Of a stretch of DNA of 64,000 nt, positions 63,829 through 64,000 are shown one piece after another. Both the position numbers and the translations under genes were made by a program. The stretch is taken from contig NC_043006.1 of assembly GCF_006345805.1 (NCBI RefSeq), positions 3,596,001 to 3,660,000 of the forward strand. Direction: 5' to 3'. The stretch comes from Octopus sinensis. Lineage: Eukaryota. A model generated the notes under the pieces. It searched no databases, was not told where the DNA came from, and saw only the letters and a list, made by a program, of their open reading frames with translations. Numbering within the stretch: the stretch's first letter is position 1; each line of letters starts with the position of its first letter.

Positions 63829-64000
63829 TATATATATATATGTACATATGCTAATATCGGCATGAAACAAATGGTAGACTTGTTAGCCGACAAATATAAG
63901 AAATACATTACGTGTGTGAGTAAGTATATGTAGATAGCAATCAGACTAAACAATGAAAACTATGTTGTTACATAACTTCAATCAAGGTTACAATCGTTTC

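Overview
Eukaryotic, AT-rich, repeat-saturated window. The SINE families and microsatellite load look like an octopus (cephalopod) genome; this is recognition from memory, not a database result. No host protein-coding gene is recognisable and most predicted ORFs are microsatellite read-throughs. The window contains: (1) about ten fragments of R4/Dong-clade non-LTR retrotransposons (RT, CCHC/RHD, C-terminal restriction-like endonuclease) from at least four subfamilies, most bounded by (TAA)n tracts; (2) decayed DNA transposons: a DD34D mariner, a maT-like relic, a DD36E Tc1, a mariner MITE, a Helitron fragment and a fold-back element; (3) several tRNA-headed SINE families, one of them in tandem arrays; (4) a 540-bp fixed-ended element embedded in TAA tracts. 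The most interesting signal is a set of minimal type I hammerhead-ribozyme motifs of the kind known from Penelope-like elements. Each has a palindromic helix III, and three sit at or near the apex of long fold-backs. Across unrelated repeats, core positions 3 and 8 covary as C-G, G-C and U-A. A 4.5-kb mirror-image structure (8271-12752) suggests a composite element of tRNA head, internal (TAA)n and hammerhead tail whose TAA tract has repeatedly captured R4/Dong insertions. All alignments and folds were done by eye, so boundaries are approximate unless a TIR or junction is quoted.
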